A DNA stretch of 64,000 nucleotides, taken from assembly GCA_051294905.1 (NCBI GenBank), contig CM119371.1, positions 19,842,001 through 19,906,000 of the forward strand, read 5' to 3'. Shown here piece by piece: positions 1 through 12,879 of the stretch. The notes under the pieces were generated by a model, which saw only the letters and a program-made list of their open reading frames with translations, ran no database searches and was not told the DNA's origin. Numbering within the stretch: position 1 is the stretch's first letter; every line of letters begins with the position of its first letter. Made by a program: the position numbers and the translations under genes. The DNA is from Botryllus schlosseri. Lineage: Eukaryota.

Positions 1-1928
1 ACGATTTTTTGTTAATTCAATCGTGATTCCTTCCCAGTGTTACTATATATAGGTGTAGGCGATATTGGCCCGGAGATCTAGCTGTTGGTATAAAATGTAG
101 CTAAATCTAGATTGCCCGACAATTCGATCATGATTCCTCCATGGCGTTACTATGCATAAATGTATATGCAGACAGTTTTAATTGAATTGATTGCCAATCT
201 TGATATTCAAATTCTGTAATTGCGCGGGATGTCAACGCATTAATCACTCCCCAGTCGCCATCAATTGAATATCGCGAAGAGAACATATTTGAATAATGCG
301 AAGACCCCTGAGCGATTTTAAAACATATTAAATGTATTTTGAGTAATATCTTCCAATTAGCTACAGCCAAGATTCATGCGTTGTGACGTGTCATGTTGGG
401 CTACCGTATTTTGGGATTCAGAATGGATTACACTTTTCAAAAATAGCAAATGTTAGTTTATGTTACTTTTATGGCGTTGACTAAGAAAAGTCCATCACCC
501 TGTTTCGACTTCCTAATGACCCTCGCTATCTATTTCTCATCATTTATGACGATTTCCAGTTGACCATGTCGATTAGCTTAGCTGTAAAAGCTGTTAAGTA
601 GAGCAAATTGCCAAATGTAATGACATTTAGGCGTTCTGGGAGGACATTTTCAATTTCTTGAAAAATTAGGACAAATCCCTCTAACTGAGGACGTATAGTA
701 ACCCTTTGTGTCATTTTGTAAATGCGATACTGAAAACATGGTAAGTGTTTGCACCTATAAAGGAGGTCAAATAACTTGGGGTTTCATATAAAGTAGAAGA
801 AGTTTAATTCTCAGCTCATCGCAGCTTCTTTTACGAGGTTTGGATTGTTTTCCTGAATTGAAAGAAGTTCTCTGCGATGAGGTAGTAACCTATTATTAAA
901 CTAAAACTTGTATTAGCAAGCCAATCGCAAAGAAATCATTTGAAAATCCTCCTTGCCTTTGTTGGCTGATATTTTTTTCTTCTAATGACTGATATCAATA
1001 TCTGTTTCCAAGTGCGATATCCATTTGATATGAGCGGTGAACCAATATAATCGGTCAGTCTCTAATCACCAAGTGCAGAATTGGTAGTGTTCATTGTATT
1101 GTATACTAGAGCCCGATTGATATTGTAGTTTTGGGCCGGTACCGATAAAACCAATATCTTACTCCTTCACCGACAACCACTATAGCATATATTCAAGATG
1201 TGTGGAGTACCTTGAAGTGCGCATTTAAATAACTTCAGAGCATCTATTTGAACAGCTTTACAGCCAATGCTATACTTGGTGATATCTGTTTTTCCATGGA
1301 TCCCGTTACCATTGTAAATAACCTAAATTGGGTGCGAAATGAATGTCGTCACTATCAGTTAAGGATAGTTATACCATCGGACAGTTTAAGCGCCATTCTT
1401 GTTCTGTGAGTTTTAACGAAATGATAAATTAATTGCATCTGATATAATTCTATTTTGCAGTAGTATCGCGCGGCCTTCAATAAACGTGAACTTTATTTGG
1501 ATTTCAGGATTCAGAAGTGTCTGTCGTAACGAAAAAGAAGACCGACTCGCAAGATGTGCACCATCAGGTACAATTTCAGATATATCACAAACGCAAAGTC
1601 TACCTCTCAAAATGTAGATCAATCGTAATGAGCATTGCTATGGATAGAGTGGAAGTCAGAACTCACAATACCAAGGCCTCAATCCGAGATTTGTTTGTTT
1701 TATTAACACAATTGGCGCTTACCAACACTTAGGCGATTTGCGACTGTACACTAATTTCATGAGGTCGTGTCTTTTGCGGTCTTTCCGATTTCTTGCTAAC
1801 TTTTTCTGGTCTCTGCTGCCGAATTTTTTCAGTTAGGCTCTCTCTTCTTCTGGGCATTTGAAGAAACATGGCAGAGCCGAGACTCGAACCAGCAACCATC
1901 TGTGTTGTGACTGTGTGTGTCGCTAGCA

Positions 1929-4572
1929 CAGTGGTTCTCAACCGCCGGTCCACGGAGCGGTGCCGGTCCGCTCCGACTTTTCTGCCGGTCCGCAAGGTAT
2001 ATTGAGATTTTACACCTAAATTTCAAGATGCAAGATGTTGACGGCTTGTCCATTGGTAAAATAAATAAAACTTCAAATTTTAAACTGATGAAGAACTTCG
2101 TGACGTAAGATTAGGCCCGGAAACATGTTCGATTTGACTTAAAGTTCAAGCTGTCTCCGGTGACGACAATCACGACATGTGAGCGACTCGCTAAGTACGA
2201 GCTGACTCTCTAAACCTCGTAATCCGTACGATCATTCGTTCTCGATTCATTAATTTTGTGGATGGCTAGGTATCGCTGTAATCAGTTGTCTTCCTGCGGA
2301 GGATTGTACCCGTAGTAGGCTACATCTGGAAGTAGTGGGAAATGAGCAAGGTAGCTCGACAAGGTGCTTGGTCCTACTCCGAAACGCTTTATCTCTGGAT
2401 ATTGTCGAAGAGAAGAATATTATTCCCGTTTGCGCGGTTGGTTAATCCACAGCTTTCGGCGCAAAATTAGTCTATGTTTATCTGGGCAAGTCCATTTACC
2501 CCGACTCAGCACTCAGCAGACTTTACCGCGAAATCAAATGAATACCATCATAAACATATTTAATTACGAACAAAACCCTCGAAATTTCACTCTCTAGTAC
2601 ATGGGGTGGCCAACCTGCGGCCATATAGAAGGAAGTTTGCGCGGCAGTCGACACGTAATTCATTGAGTATGTGTTGGCGGCCGTCGACATGAAAATTGAA
2701 TTTACGAATTGACTTCCGAATTTTTGAGATATTTTATTTGATCTCGAAATTTTTTTCACGCTTGGCGCGATTCAATGCGACTTCATTTTCGATTTTAATA
2801 TAGTCGTAGCACCCTTTGCAATCTGAGCCCCACAGTACAGATGGGAACGGGGAGGAAAATGATGCACCCCATATTGAAATACCAATTTGGAATCGTGCGC
2901 TCCTCACGAAAGCAATTAATTTCTGGTATGTTTGGAGATTCCAATATCTTTCCACTATACCGACAATCCTGGTGGGAGGTCACGAAATAACAACACGCCC
3001 CAAAGTGACTATACTAACAATTAGCCCGCGCGGAGATGTATCATCTGCTCTAAATTTTCGAAAACACTCCCTCCATCAACTCTACTGATGAATTTGATCT
3101 CTTTGGTTGAGAAAGAATAAACATTTGACAGTAATATGTGAAACTACGAATATTATTGACAAAATTCATGACAAAAATTGTCGCGCTTCGCGCGATCATA
3201 ACCGGCCCTAGTCAATATTCGTAACATGACCACTATGTAGCAGTGTTGGGATCAAGTCACTACCTTCGAGTCACGAGTCATCTCGAGTCATTGCACATTT
3301 TGACTCGAGTCAAGTCAAGTCAATCGATTTTCGAAGGTGACTCGAGTCAAGTCAAGTCACTCGTTTTTTGGAGGTGACTCGAGTCAAGTCAAGTCAAGTC
3401 ACGAGTCAAGTCACAATTCAAGTCAAATTGAATTTTCGCAGTATCAGTGATGATTGAAACTCATTACATTTTGCTAGCTGTGTGATAAACAGAATAATTG
3501 GCCATTTATCTTGAATAAAATAACGAATATAAAGGTAAATATGCATGCAAGAAGGCGTTTTATCGCTCTCGCACACGTAGAACTGCCAATAAAATGTGTG
3601 AGTAACTGTATAGTAGGCCTATAGCTACTGCTACTTGCTACAGTCTGTTATTATCAACCAAGAGGGTTGAATACGAAGCCACGAGAAGTTGAAAAAAATT
3701 GATATGATACAATACACTTCCCATCTACACATCCGTGAGACTATAGACGCATAAATGGTATTCGCTCGATTTTTAAATCATACGAGAGGGTTGGTTAAGG
3801 TGATCACTGTAATCAATGTAAGAACTGGGCCGCCTAAAGAAACACCTGCGATATTTGCTATTGGATTAATCTACTGCTACTACGACAACGTAAGCTGTGA
3901 TCATTTCGGTTGTGGTCAATCTATCTGTGATGTAACAATAGAGGATCAGGGAACGTACAATCAGTGAATGTATGGTTACTCTCAGAAATGACACAGGCGT
4001 ATCGCGAACGATACGAACAAACACTAAATACAGTGATTTAATCGACATCGTTTACTTGATGACTTGAAATTGACTCGTAAATTTTTCTCCGAGTCACGAG
4101 TCAATGCACATTTTTGAAGCGCCGAGTCAAGTCAAGTCAAGTCATTTTTTCAAAGTGACTCGAGTCAAGTCAAGTCATATGAAAAAGTGACTCAAGTCTG
4201 ACTCGAGTCAAGTCATGACTCGAGTCATCCCAACACTGCTATGTAGCGATTTTGACGCGTATAGTAAGAAGATATGAAATAGATTAGTCCGGCGTTCACC
4301 AGAAATGGACATGGAGAGTCAGCATGGGTATTGGATGTCCAGTTAGTTCAGTGCGTCTATGTCCTGGAATGCGGCCGTAGGCCGTATAAGTTATCGAAAT
4401 GCGGTCGTGAATAGCAAAAAGGTTGGTCACCCTTGCTCTAGTACCATACTTGCAAAAAAACGGCTGCATACATTGCATTCACGGTTGATTTCAATTTTTA
4501 AGGTCCACTGGTCCGCTAAATATCTTTTGAAATTTTACCGGTCCGCGAGGTGAAAAAGGTTGAGAACCACTG
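1929..4572. mobile_element. hAT MITE carrying nested insertions, inserted in a SINE head
   Basis: CAGTGGTTCTCAACC TIRs, CCGGTCC subterminal motifs, imperfect TAGCA-containing duplication. Confidence 0.75.
3241..4238. mobile_element. hAT MITE, AAGTC/GACTT-repeat family, copy 1
   Basis: CAGTGTTGGGAT TIRs; perfect TSD CTATGTAG. Confidence 0.92.
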
Positions 4573-4699
4573 TTAGCACGCTGTGCCACTCGCTTCCCCC
4601 TCATTCCGAGATAAGATTCGTCTATCTTATCCCAACATTAAACCAGATATTGCGGGTCAATCTGTAATGCTGAATCTGTACAGGATTGGGTGTCATGGC

Positions 4700-6165
4700 G
4701 AGAGAGAGAGAGTCTTTATTTTTTCATCCAACCAAAATACATATCAAACGGCAGTGATGATGGTACAGAAAATATGCATGCAGAGTATTCGGTATTAGAT
4801 AGGAATGATCGATAAGACCGTGAAGGTCATCTAGTCTGATTACACCAGCATCAAACAGGTACACTTGACTCTGAACAGTCTGGCTGTAAAAATGCTTAGT
4901 TAAAAAAGGAAAATAGAAGAAAAATTAAACGGTGGTAGCAAATGATCAATGAAGCAATGTCTGGGCGAGGTAGGGCAACAGTGATAGTATAACGAAAGGA
5001 GGTGATCAAGTAGGTATTTTTTGAATCTAATATAAGGCAATTCACGGATATGTGGTAGTAATGCACTCCAGATGATAGGTCCCGAGCAGTCGATAGATCT
5101 CTTAGTTAGGTTGCTATTGGGTAGGGGGAAAGTAGATATTTATCTTTGACGAGGATCTCGTGTAATGGGAATGGACATTTTTAACAGGTATGAAAAAGTC
5201 ATCAAACACAGGAGGCAGATTAGTGGGAAAATATTTGTGAATAACTTTTGATACTTCGAAGCGATATAGTTCGTCAACTCGCAAAATTCAATGCTTACGG
5301 TAGTAAGGCGAGAAATTGGTACGTGAAGGTACAGATGAGTTCAGCCGTATCGCACGGTTTTGCAGGGTTCGAATTCTGCACAAAAATGTTGTGCATGCTG
5401 CATTTCCCCATAGTACGATTCCATATTGCAGGTGAGAGTGGAAAAGAGAAAAGTAGATGGTTCGTAGTACTGATCTGGAAACCAAAGATTGCAGACGGGT
5501 CATTATTCCCACACACCGAGCTAATTTTGATATTGTGCATTCAATATGCTGATTCCAAGACATTTTGGTATCAATGGTGACGCCGAGATATTTTGCTCAG
5601 TCACATATCGAGATTTTTATGATCGATATTCACAGTGAAATTATGATTGACATTATTTAAAACGAGCATCTCGGTCTTATCTGCATTCAAACTTAGTTTG
5701 TTTGCTTGCAGCCATCTCGACACTTTCGGAGTTCCCTATTTACAGATGCATGCAAATCATCGACAGTGCTGGAGGTTATAAAGAGGTGAGTATCATCAGC
5801 AAATAGGGTTATGCGGAATAAAGATGCATTAACAATGTCGTTAATATAAATGAGGAAAAAAGTCGGTCCAAGGACTGAGCCTTGTGGCACGCCACAAGTT
5901 ATATCTCTGGTAGTCGTTCTTAATGTCCCCAGTTTAACAAATTGTTTGCGGTTTGCCAGGTAGCTTTCAAGTAGAGTTGCTGCAATAACCCTTATTCCAT
6001 AGTGTTCTAGCTTGTATTTTAAGATTCACTTTTTTTGCTTGATGGTTTTGTAATAGTCCGTTACAATTGATAGTATTGCATGGTTGGTGTTGGGGTTTGA
6101 TCTGAATCCATGCTGAGTCGGAGACAGTACTGCATTCAATTCAAAAAATTTCTTGAGTCGGCAGT
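4700..6165 (-). mobile_element. 5'-truncated CR1/L2-group LINE (RT C-half, 3' UTR, AATAAA + CT microsatellite tail)
   Basis: QHGFR, VPQGSVLGPTFFLIYIND, LFADD, HSHLQYGIVLWG in broken frames. Confidence 0.9.
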
Positions 6166-6869
6166 CAATCCATGAAGGATTATGCCGACTGTGCCCACAG
6201 CCCATGGGGCATTTCCTGCAAGAATACCTGAGTGAGACAGTCCACATAGACAATATATCATTGCAGCTGCCAGGAATCATAACGTTAACATTGCGCTATC
6301 AGGCGTACTTACAAACTAGTTCATTACACTATTGTCGAAAAGAGTGCGTATTTCCACCCACGTATACCACTCCTGATATACGGGTGTGAATGTACACCTC
6401 ATGACACACGAAACTCTAACCTACGTCAGACTCACACCGCGTTATAAATCGCGTACAACATTTTAATCCAAAATATGCGTGCACGTAGGAACAGGAAGGT
6501 ATGCACGTAGGCACGTGGGATTTATGACCGCGATATAATTTTGAGTTAGATTCTGTTTTCGAGAACCATTCTTTTCGGGCCTTCGGGTGTGATTACACGC
6601 TTTTTGCGCAAAGAGTGTTTAAGTCTGTCAGGGAATTTGATATTTCATCATATCCAGTATTGTAAGTAGACTTATCACAATCAAAACCTCTGGTGCACAA
6701 AATCATGGCAGCCGGACACCAAAACCCTACGCTACACAAATCTATCCACTGCTTTCCTCAGATTCACGCAATGATCTCTTGATGGAATGTTTTTATTCGC
6801 GCACATTTTTTCAATACATCGCCATGTAAAAAAGGTCATGTTTTCGTTACGACGACCGTAGCACTTCCA

Positions 6870-6956
6870 TCAGCCTTTGGTGAGAATCGGTTTGATGGGG
6901 TAAGGAGTCTGTGGGCAAACTAATCCTGGGAATTTGCAAAGCTTGCGAACGACTTC
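6870..6956 (-). CDS. Single-IB-domain gene 1, exon 3 (tail); protein 145 aa
   Basis: ttttcag acceptor; EVVRKLCKFPGLVCPQTPYPIKPILTKG*; AATAAA at 6792-6797; homologous to exon 3 of the other copies. Confidence 0.88.
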   Translation of the reverse strand, partial: EVVRKLCKFPGLVCPQTPYPIKPILTKG

Positions 6957-7596
6957 CTGAAAAGTACATTGTACATTACATAATTGACTGGATCGTTCCG
7001 GGATGGCTGCATAACCCAATGAGTATTCGCAATGGATTCATAAGCGGAATTGGACAATGTAGATTTCTACTCAATTAAAAGTAGAAATAGTGGTTTCCAA
7101 GACGGGCCAAAACTACTTCTAGCTGAAGTATAAAAAGTACTCAAGTAAGTAGTTTAAAAAATAGATCTGGTCTACGCTACTTTCAAAACTTCGTGACTGA
7201 CACTCAATGACTAGTGACAATACAAAATGGAACGATTCTTCAAAATATATTCAGCCACCAGGATACAGACGCATTATCGCTGTGCTAACAATTTCACTCA
7301 TAAAATTGATGCAGTCATATCATAAAACTATTTTATATTTTGTTACATTCAAAAGGTAAAATGTGAGTCATTTTAGTAGAAGTAGAAGTAGGAGTATTCT
7401 AAACACATTTCCACAAGTAATGTTGTAACCTGGTACTCCATAAAATCCAGGTACAAATGGTAATTTACGTTGTGACATTACTGACCACCTCAGGATTGGA
7501 CAGTGGACATACACAATATGCATACATCGGAAGGCTATCAAGCGGTATGCTCGTCTCTTGCACTATACTGACACGAGTCTTATAGTATTGACTCAC

Positions 7597-7798
7597 CACT
7601 TCCTTCTTTGTCAGACAGTATCCAGATCTTCTGACGAACGGAAGGGCTGCAGTGTTTGATAGATAAGATGGACTGCCACGGCAGAGAGGACCCACTTGGC
7701 AGACCAATTGTTTTCTGCTGTCGCAGTGTCCGTAATAGTTGTATAAACCACCACAGCGTTCGTATTGTTGCTTAGGTTTGACACACACGTAGCAGCAA
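7597..7798 (-). CDS. Single-IB-domain gene 1, exon 2
   Basis: tttcag acceptor, gtgagt donor (phase 0); completes CGCCYVC, then CGG-x5-GHC...LVC...PLC...GYCLTKKEV. Confidence 0.92.
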
Positions 7799-7941
7799 CT
7801 GAAAGAACACAGATATCGTTGATTATTTATATATCATGATAAAGTCTTTTGATGACAAGAAAGTAGCAATGCGCATATATCATCAAAATATTCATTGGCG
7901 ATACCTATGCACCACACATGGTACATCCTGGCAATACCTAC

Positions 7942-8090
7942 CCGCATCTGTCCTTTACAGTAATCTGTCCATATGGACAGTAGGGTCTTGGACAAGGTCT
8001 GGTACATGGTGCGCAACGAAGTGATGTCGTAGATGATGTTCCATACACTGCACCGACGTAACACAAAACGACAAGACACAAAGTCTTCAT
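7942..8090 (-). CDS. Single-IB-domain gene 1, coding exon 1 (signal peptide + first 5 mature Cys)
   Basis: Manual translation MKTLCLVVLCYVGAVYGTSSTTSLRCAPCTRPCPRPYCPYGQITVKDRC-GG, then donor gtaggt (phase 2); not in the ORF track. Confidence 0.9.
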
Positions 8091-11000
8091 GATCTCTGCT
8101 CGATATTATATAGATATTCTACAAATATAGATATAGTTCACATTTATTTCGACCCCACATGGTAATGAGTTGCCCTTACATCGGCTGCTGAACAAGTGGA
8201 GAACAAGCAGGCTATAAGGGCGTTATAGGTGCTTGACTTGTACCAGGACCTTCACACACATTCCTAGATGTAAATTTGTTTATATCGTCCTGGATCCATA
8301 TCGTCTCCGTGACGAAGTACTTCTACTTTTCTGTAATACTCAAGTAGGTTCGGCCTATTGGACCAGTTGCTCAAGTGGTTATGCTTTTAGACTAGTTTTA
8401 CTACTACGTCACAGTTTCGAATTTAGTCCTAGGATACATACTTTTATACTTTCGCGGAAAATTGCTTGTACTAACTTATAAATTGACGACTCTACTATTA
8501 CTTACTATATCTGACTAGTAACGCCGACTGCTTCGGCCACCCCTGCCTAACGCTTGACAGACAGTAGTGTAACTTTAATAATAGCGTGGACTCCTGTAAG
8601 TAGCGATTTTAGTGTCATGTTGGTTTGTTCGTTTGGGTATTTCATATCGTCTCGTATCTGCAAACAAATGGCATTGTAGTAAGCTAGGCTAGAATGCGTA
8701 TTAGTCTCCCTAACTGGGCCCAATTATATCACCTGACATCGACAAACTGTGTAGGTATTTGGCTGGAAACCCAATGGACACGTTACCTTCGATGCTAAAA
8801 ATCAAATCATTGCATTTAATGACACCAGGTTAACTTCAGATCTCGTATTATGTAAATACATAATTGAAAAATAGCGGTGTTTACCAGATTTATACCATAA
8901 GCAAGGTGTCAATTAGGCCATCACTACTTTCTCGTACCTGAGTCAAAACAGGTCATATACACCAATCATTATGAGGGCATATACCATGGTGTAGTGGTTC
9001 TGTTCACGTGTACGCTAACCAGATTGTTTGCCTTCCTGCCGTGGTACACGAAATCATAATACACTGTAGGCCTACCCCTCGGATACATATCTCCATATGG
9101 ATTGGTGGTTTCCACGATTTCAATAGGCACACTATAGGGTGCAGATCGGTAAAATAGGCGATTGTGCGTATACAGCGTACATCGCATTCCACTATAACAT
9201 CGTGGTATACTAAAAATTGTTCCAATTTCGAGAAACAGCTAAACATGATTATCGTATATTTTATTAGATTAGGCCAGGTTCATCCCCGGCAGCCAATGAA
9301 CTCAAAGTATACTCCCAAACCCCGTTTAATAGCTCATAAAAGTCAAATTGCGTATGAGTCATTGAATAACCTTCACAAAAAGTCAGTATCGGACAAATGG
9401 TTCAATAATCAGACTCCAGCAAGGTTAAGGCTCTCATTGCTCAATGCTCAGGCCTGGTTCACAGGCTTCTGGATTGGGCTTAGGATTAGGAACTGAAATT
9501 TCGGATTTGGATTGGATTAAGACATAGAAATTTCAAATCCGGTCATCTATTCTAGACACCTACCGCGTCCATCTTTGTAACGCGTCTCACCATCAAACTT
9601 AGGCTATATGTGGTCCCCGATCTCAAAGGCGAATCTGATCTCTGTCTCATCGAGTGGGCGGTATTTATTCTACGGAGTCACGGGATGAAGCAATTATTCC
9701 TTGATAGTCACTTTATACGTCACTCGTTTAATGATCGCAAATTCCTTTCTCTAATCGCCCTGCGGCAAGGTCGACAAATAATTGTAAAGGATTGAAGGAC
9801 ATGTTTATCCCAATCACAGGGTTGAACCAGCGCTGTAAGCACACACTGCTATCGCAAGGTTTGTGTTTCTGCGAAAATAAATTTATGCTTTATGCATCCA
9901 TTCCAGCAGGTGGCCAAAGTAGCCATTGTTGGTAATCAAGTAGAAGGAGACGTCATGTCCTAGTTTTCTACAGCGTTTTTGAAGACATACTAAAGCATAT
10001 TGAAGTAGTAGAGTCAGCTGAGTGCCGTTTTCATGAATCTTCCTTAATTTGTTTGCGTCCGTGACACACAAGACCTTAACAGTTGATAAGTGCCACCGAA
10101 AACTTTTAATAATATTAATAATAAAGCAGATTGAAGTCAAAGCGGAAATAGGGAGGTCAGGATGTGCCACAGTTGACTAAATTGGAAGTAAGTACACAAT
10201 TAAGTCGTTGAAAAGTGGATTGAGACGGGGCTTTGTTTAATTTTGTCAGTCAATTGCCGGAGATAACTTTCAATATTGCAGGATACATATTCTCACGACT
10301 AACGCAGAATGACCAATCGCCTGGACAAATGTAGGAATAATTTTCCCAAATGATATCATGTTACCGTCATACGAACACCAAGTCGTTTGGTGTTTTCGAC
10401 AATTAGTTGCTGAATTGGACCCAAACCACTTTACAAAAGCCATAAATTCCAACCGAAACGGGCTTGGATTCATATGAAACTGTCAACAGCATAAGTGCAA
10501 GTAGTATAACAATAAGTAGTCAAAGTTAACGAAGCCAGTTTGATTAACCTGAAAAATTTGAATTTGTGCCTTACTGACCACATTTATACTGTGCATTCTG
10601 CAATTCGTTTTAATCTGTTTATATGACTTTCAAAGACTGGAAACATAGTGCAAGAGAAACTACGTGCGAGTTACTAAAGTGTCGGGCCTGGTACGATGTT
10701 GAACGATGAACAACTTAAGATAGCAACAACAACATAGAAGCATCTAACTTCTGTAATATCTGTTTGTACAGTTCTCGTTGTGACTTTCTTCTGCAGTTTC
10801 ATCTCCTCTCAGATAATCCGACACAGGACGGTCACATCGTGCCATGGTACCTTTGTCGGGGTGTCCTCCGTTTTACAAAGGAACCGATCACAGGAAATTA
10901 AACGGTTGCGATTAATTGAAATTGCTACAATAACCATAATTCATCACGATTAAGGATACTGCGGTCCGATTTGGAATTATCATTTTCGTCGAAAAGAAAG

Positions 11001-12795
11001 AAAAAAAGATATATTCACGCTTTTCACAGTAAAGTCGTTGCGTCAGTACGACGTAAACATGTTGTAAACCACACAGATATTGCAGTGCCGGGCAGAACCA
11101 TAGATGCAACGACAGAAAGATAAAAAAGAAGGCTATCATGATCTTGGGTTCCGCTACAGTTTCATGGGTTTCCTCACTGCACACGGTCAAGGGAGTCACA
11201 GTCGATGATCAAGTAGAAGTAGAAGTAGCGATATAGAAGTCAATAAAAGGTAAGTATCCTAATATTGCGTAAAGACCGGAAACTGTTAAGTAGAAGTAGC
11301 ATAATATCATATTTACCTCGGGAAGTATAGTGTGAGTAGGCAAAATCTACTTGAAGTACTTCGAAAAGTGGAAGAAATTCGTTACTGACCACCTCTGGTA
11401 TTCATATTCATGAAATATTGCATCTCGATTCCTTTGGTATCGAATCCGGCTCTGGAATGTGGATATTTGTTATTAGCTCCGCATTGATTGAAATCACCAC
11501 CACTATAATTCTGGAATATCACGCTTACCATACTATGACGGCACAGGAGGGACCCCGGAAGATCATACATCACGCACTCAACGCCACAAGGTCTATCCTA
11601 AGTCGGGCCAATTAACCTCCTTGCCTTCTATTGCTCAATGAAGCACCGAAATCAGAGGTATAAAACAAATTGGATTGGCCTCTACTCTGACAATATTGCT
11701 TTAAGTCTACAAGGCGACGCGAATAATGAACCCCTCTTCTAACCGTGATAACACGTTCACGCTTTGAAATTCAACTCAAACTTGAGCATCAACTTTGCTT
11801 TGGACAACAGCAACAACAGCAGCAGCTGCTTTCTCCTACTTTGTATATGCGCGTGTCAGAATTGATGATTTTCAATCATCATTTTTTCACGACTCACTGA
11901 GTGCACTCAGAGGTGGTCGGCAACGAAGTACTGGTACTTTTTCGGAGTACTCATGTATGATTTGACTATACTTGCACTACTTTCTCCACTGCTCACGCCA
12001 CTGTTTTTAAACTATTTCCACTGCTACTTGCATGATTTGGTTGGGAAAAACAACGTACTTTTTGTACCTTGGACTTTAAACAGTAAAAGGTAGTTTGGGA
12101 TTATAATTAGTAGTATTTTGAAATGTACTAGAGATGCTTATCCTCCACAAGGGACTGGTGCGCCATGATGTGTAATTACCTTCTGGTATAAGTTACTTTG
12201 CAACATAATTTAGCTTTTAATATGAATGTCAAAATTAAAGGAATCTATCACACGATATCACAAACTAGGCAACAAGGGTTAATAGCTCAGGCAGGACTAA
12301 GAGGTTATAAGTTGTGAATGAAATGTAACGGTTGTGACTTGTGACAGGATTCGTTGGAAAAGGATTTGAGATTCGGGTTTCCTGATACGGTCGCTTCACT
12401 TGTACATTAGTGAAACAGTCATTAGAACCGTGTGAAATTTCTTCCTTAGCACGGCAAACTAAATTCACGTTCGATAACTCTGCCCATTGCGGTGCATTTT
12501 TTTCATTAATCGCCGTGATGTATTTTGAAATGTCGAATGTAGTCACACGTTATTAATTTTTTTTCTACTTCACTCCCGGAGTATCATCGCTGAAGACGTT
12601 GACCACCTCTGATGGCACTATGACTTCCATGAGCATAGCCCAGAGCCAAAATAGGACCGCGAATGCGATATGCCCTTGTGGAAAGACCTGGCATGAATAG
12701 GCAATAAACACTCCTTGCAGATATAATTTCTTTATTAATTCACAAGTCACGTACTCGATTCTTATAGGAATTGCAGCGAAGAAGGTCCTTAGCGT

Positions 12796-12879
12796 TTATT
12801 TGTCGAAGTGATAGAATGGTGGTGGTCTTGGCTTCGGACAGACCGTTCCTGACAGTTTGCATAGTTTCCGCACGATGCT
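12796..12879 (-). CDS. Single-IB-domain gene 2, exon 3; protein 129 aa
   Basis: ctctttttag acceptor; SIVRKLCKLSGTVCPKPRPPPFYHFDK*; AATAAA at 12731-12736. Confidence 0.88.
   Translation of the reverse strand, partial: SIVRKLCKLSGTVCPKPRPPPFYHFDK

Larger units (their letters stand above)
1820..4600 (-). mobile_element. tRNA-derived SINE head split by the 1929-4572 MITE
   Basis: A-box-like TGGCACAGCGTG near 4577-4588 and B-box-like GGTTCGAGTCT near 1880-1890 become adjacent once the MITE is removed. Confidence 0.5.

Noticed and set aside
3241..4238. GACTCGAGTCAAGTCAAGTC arrays as CRISPR-like or satellite repeats
   Set aside because: No unique spacers, eukaryotic context, bounded by TIRs and an 8-bp TSD: MITE subterminal repeats
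8969..9187. Protein-like ORF upstream of gene 1
   Set aside because: No ATG, no clear splice sites, no recognisable motif
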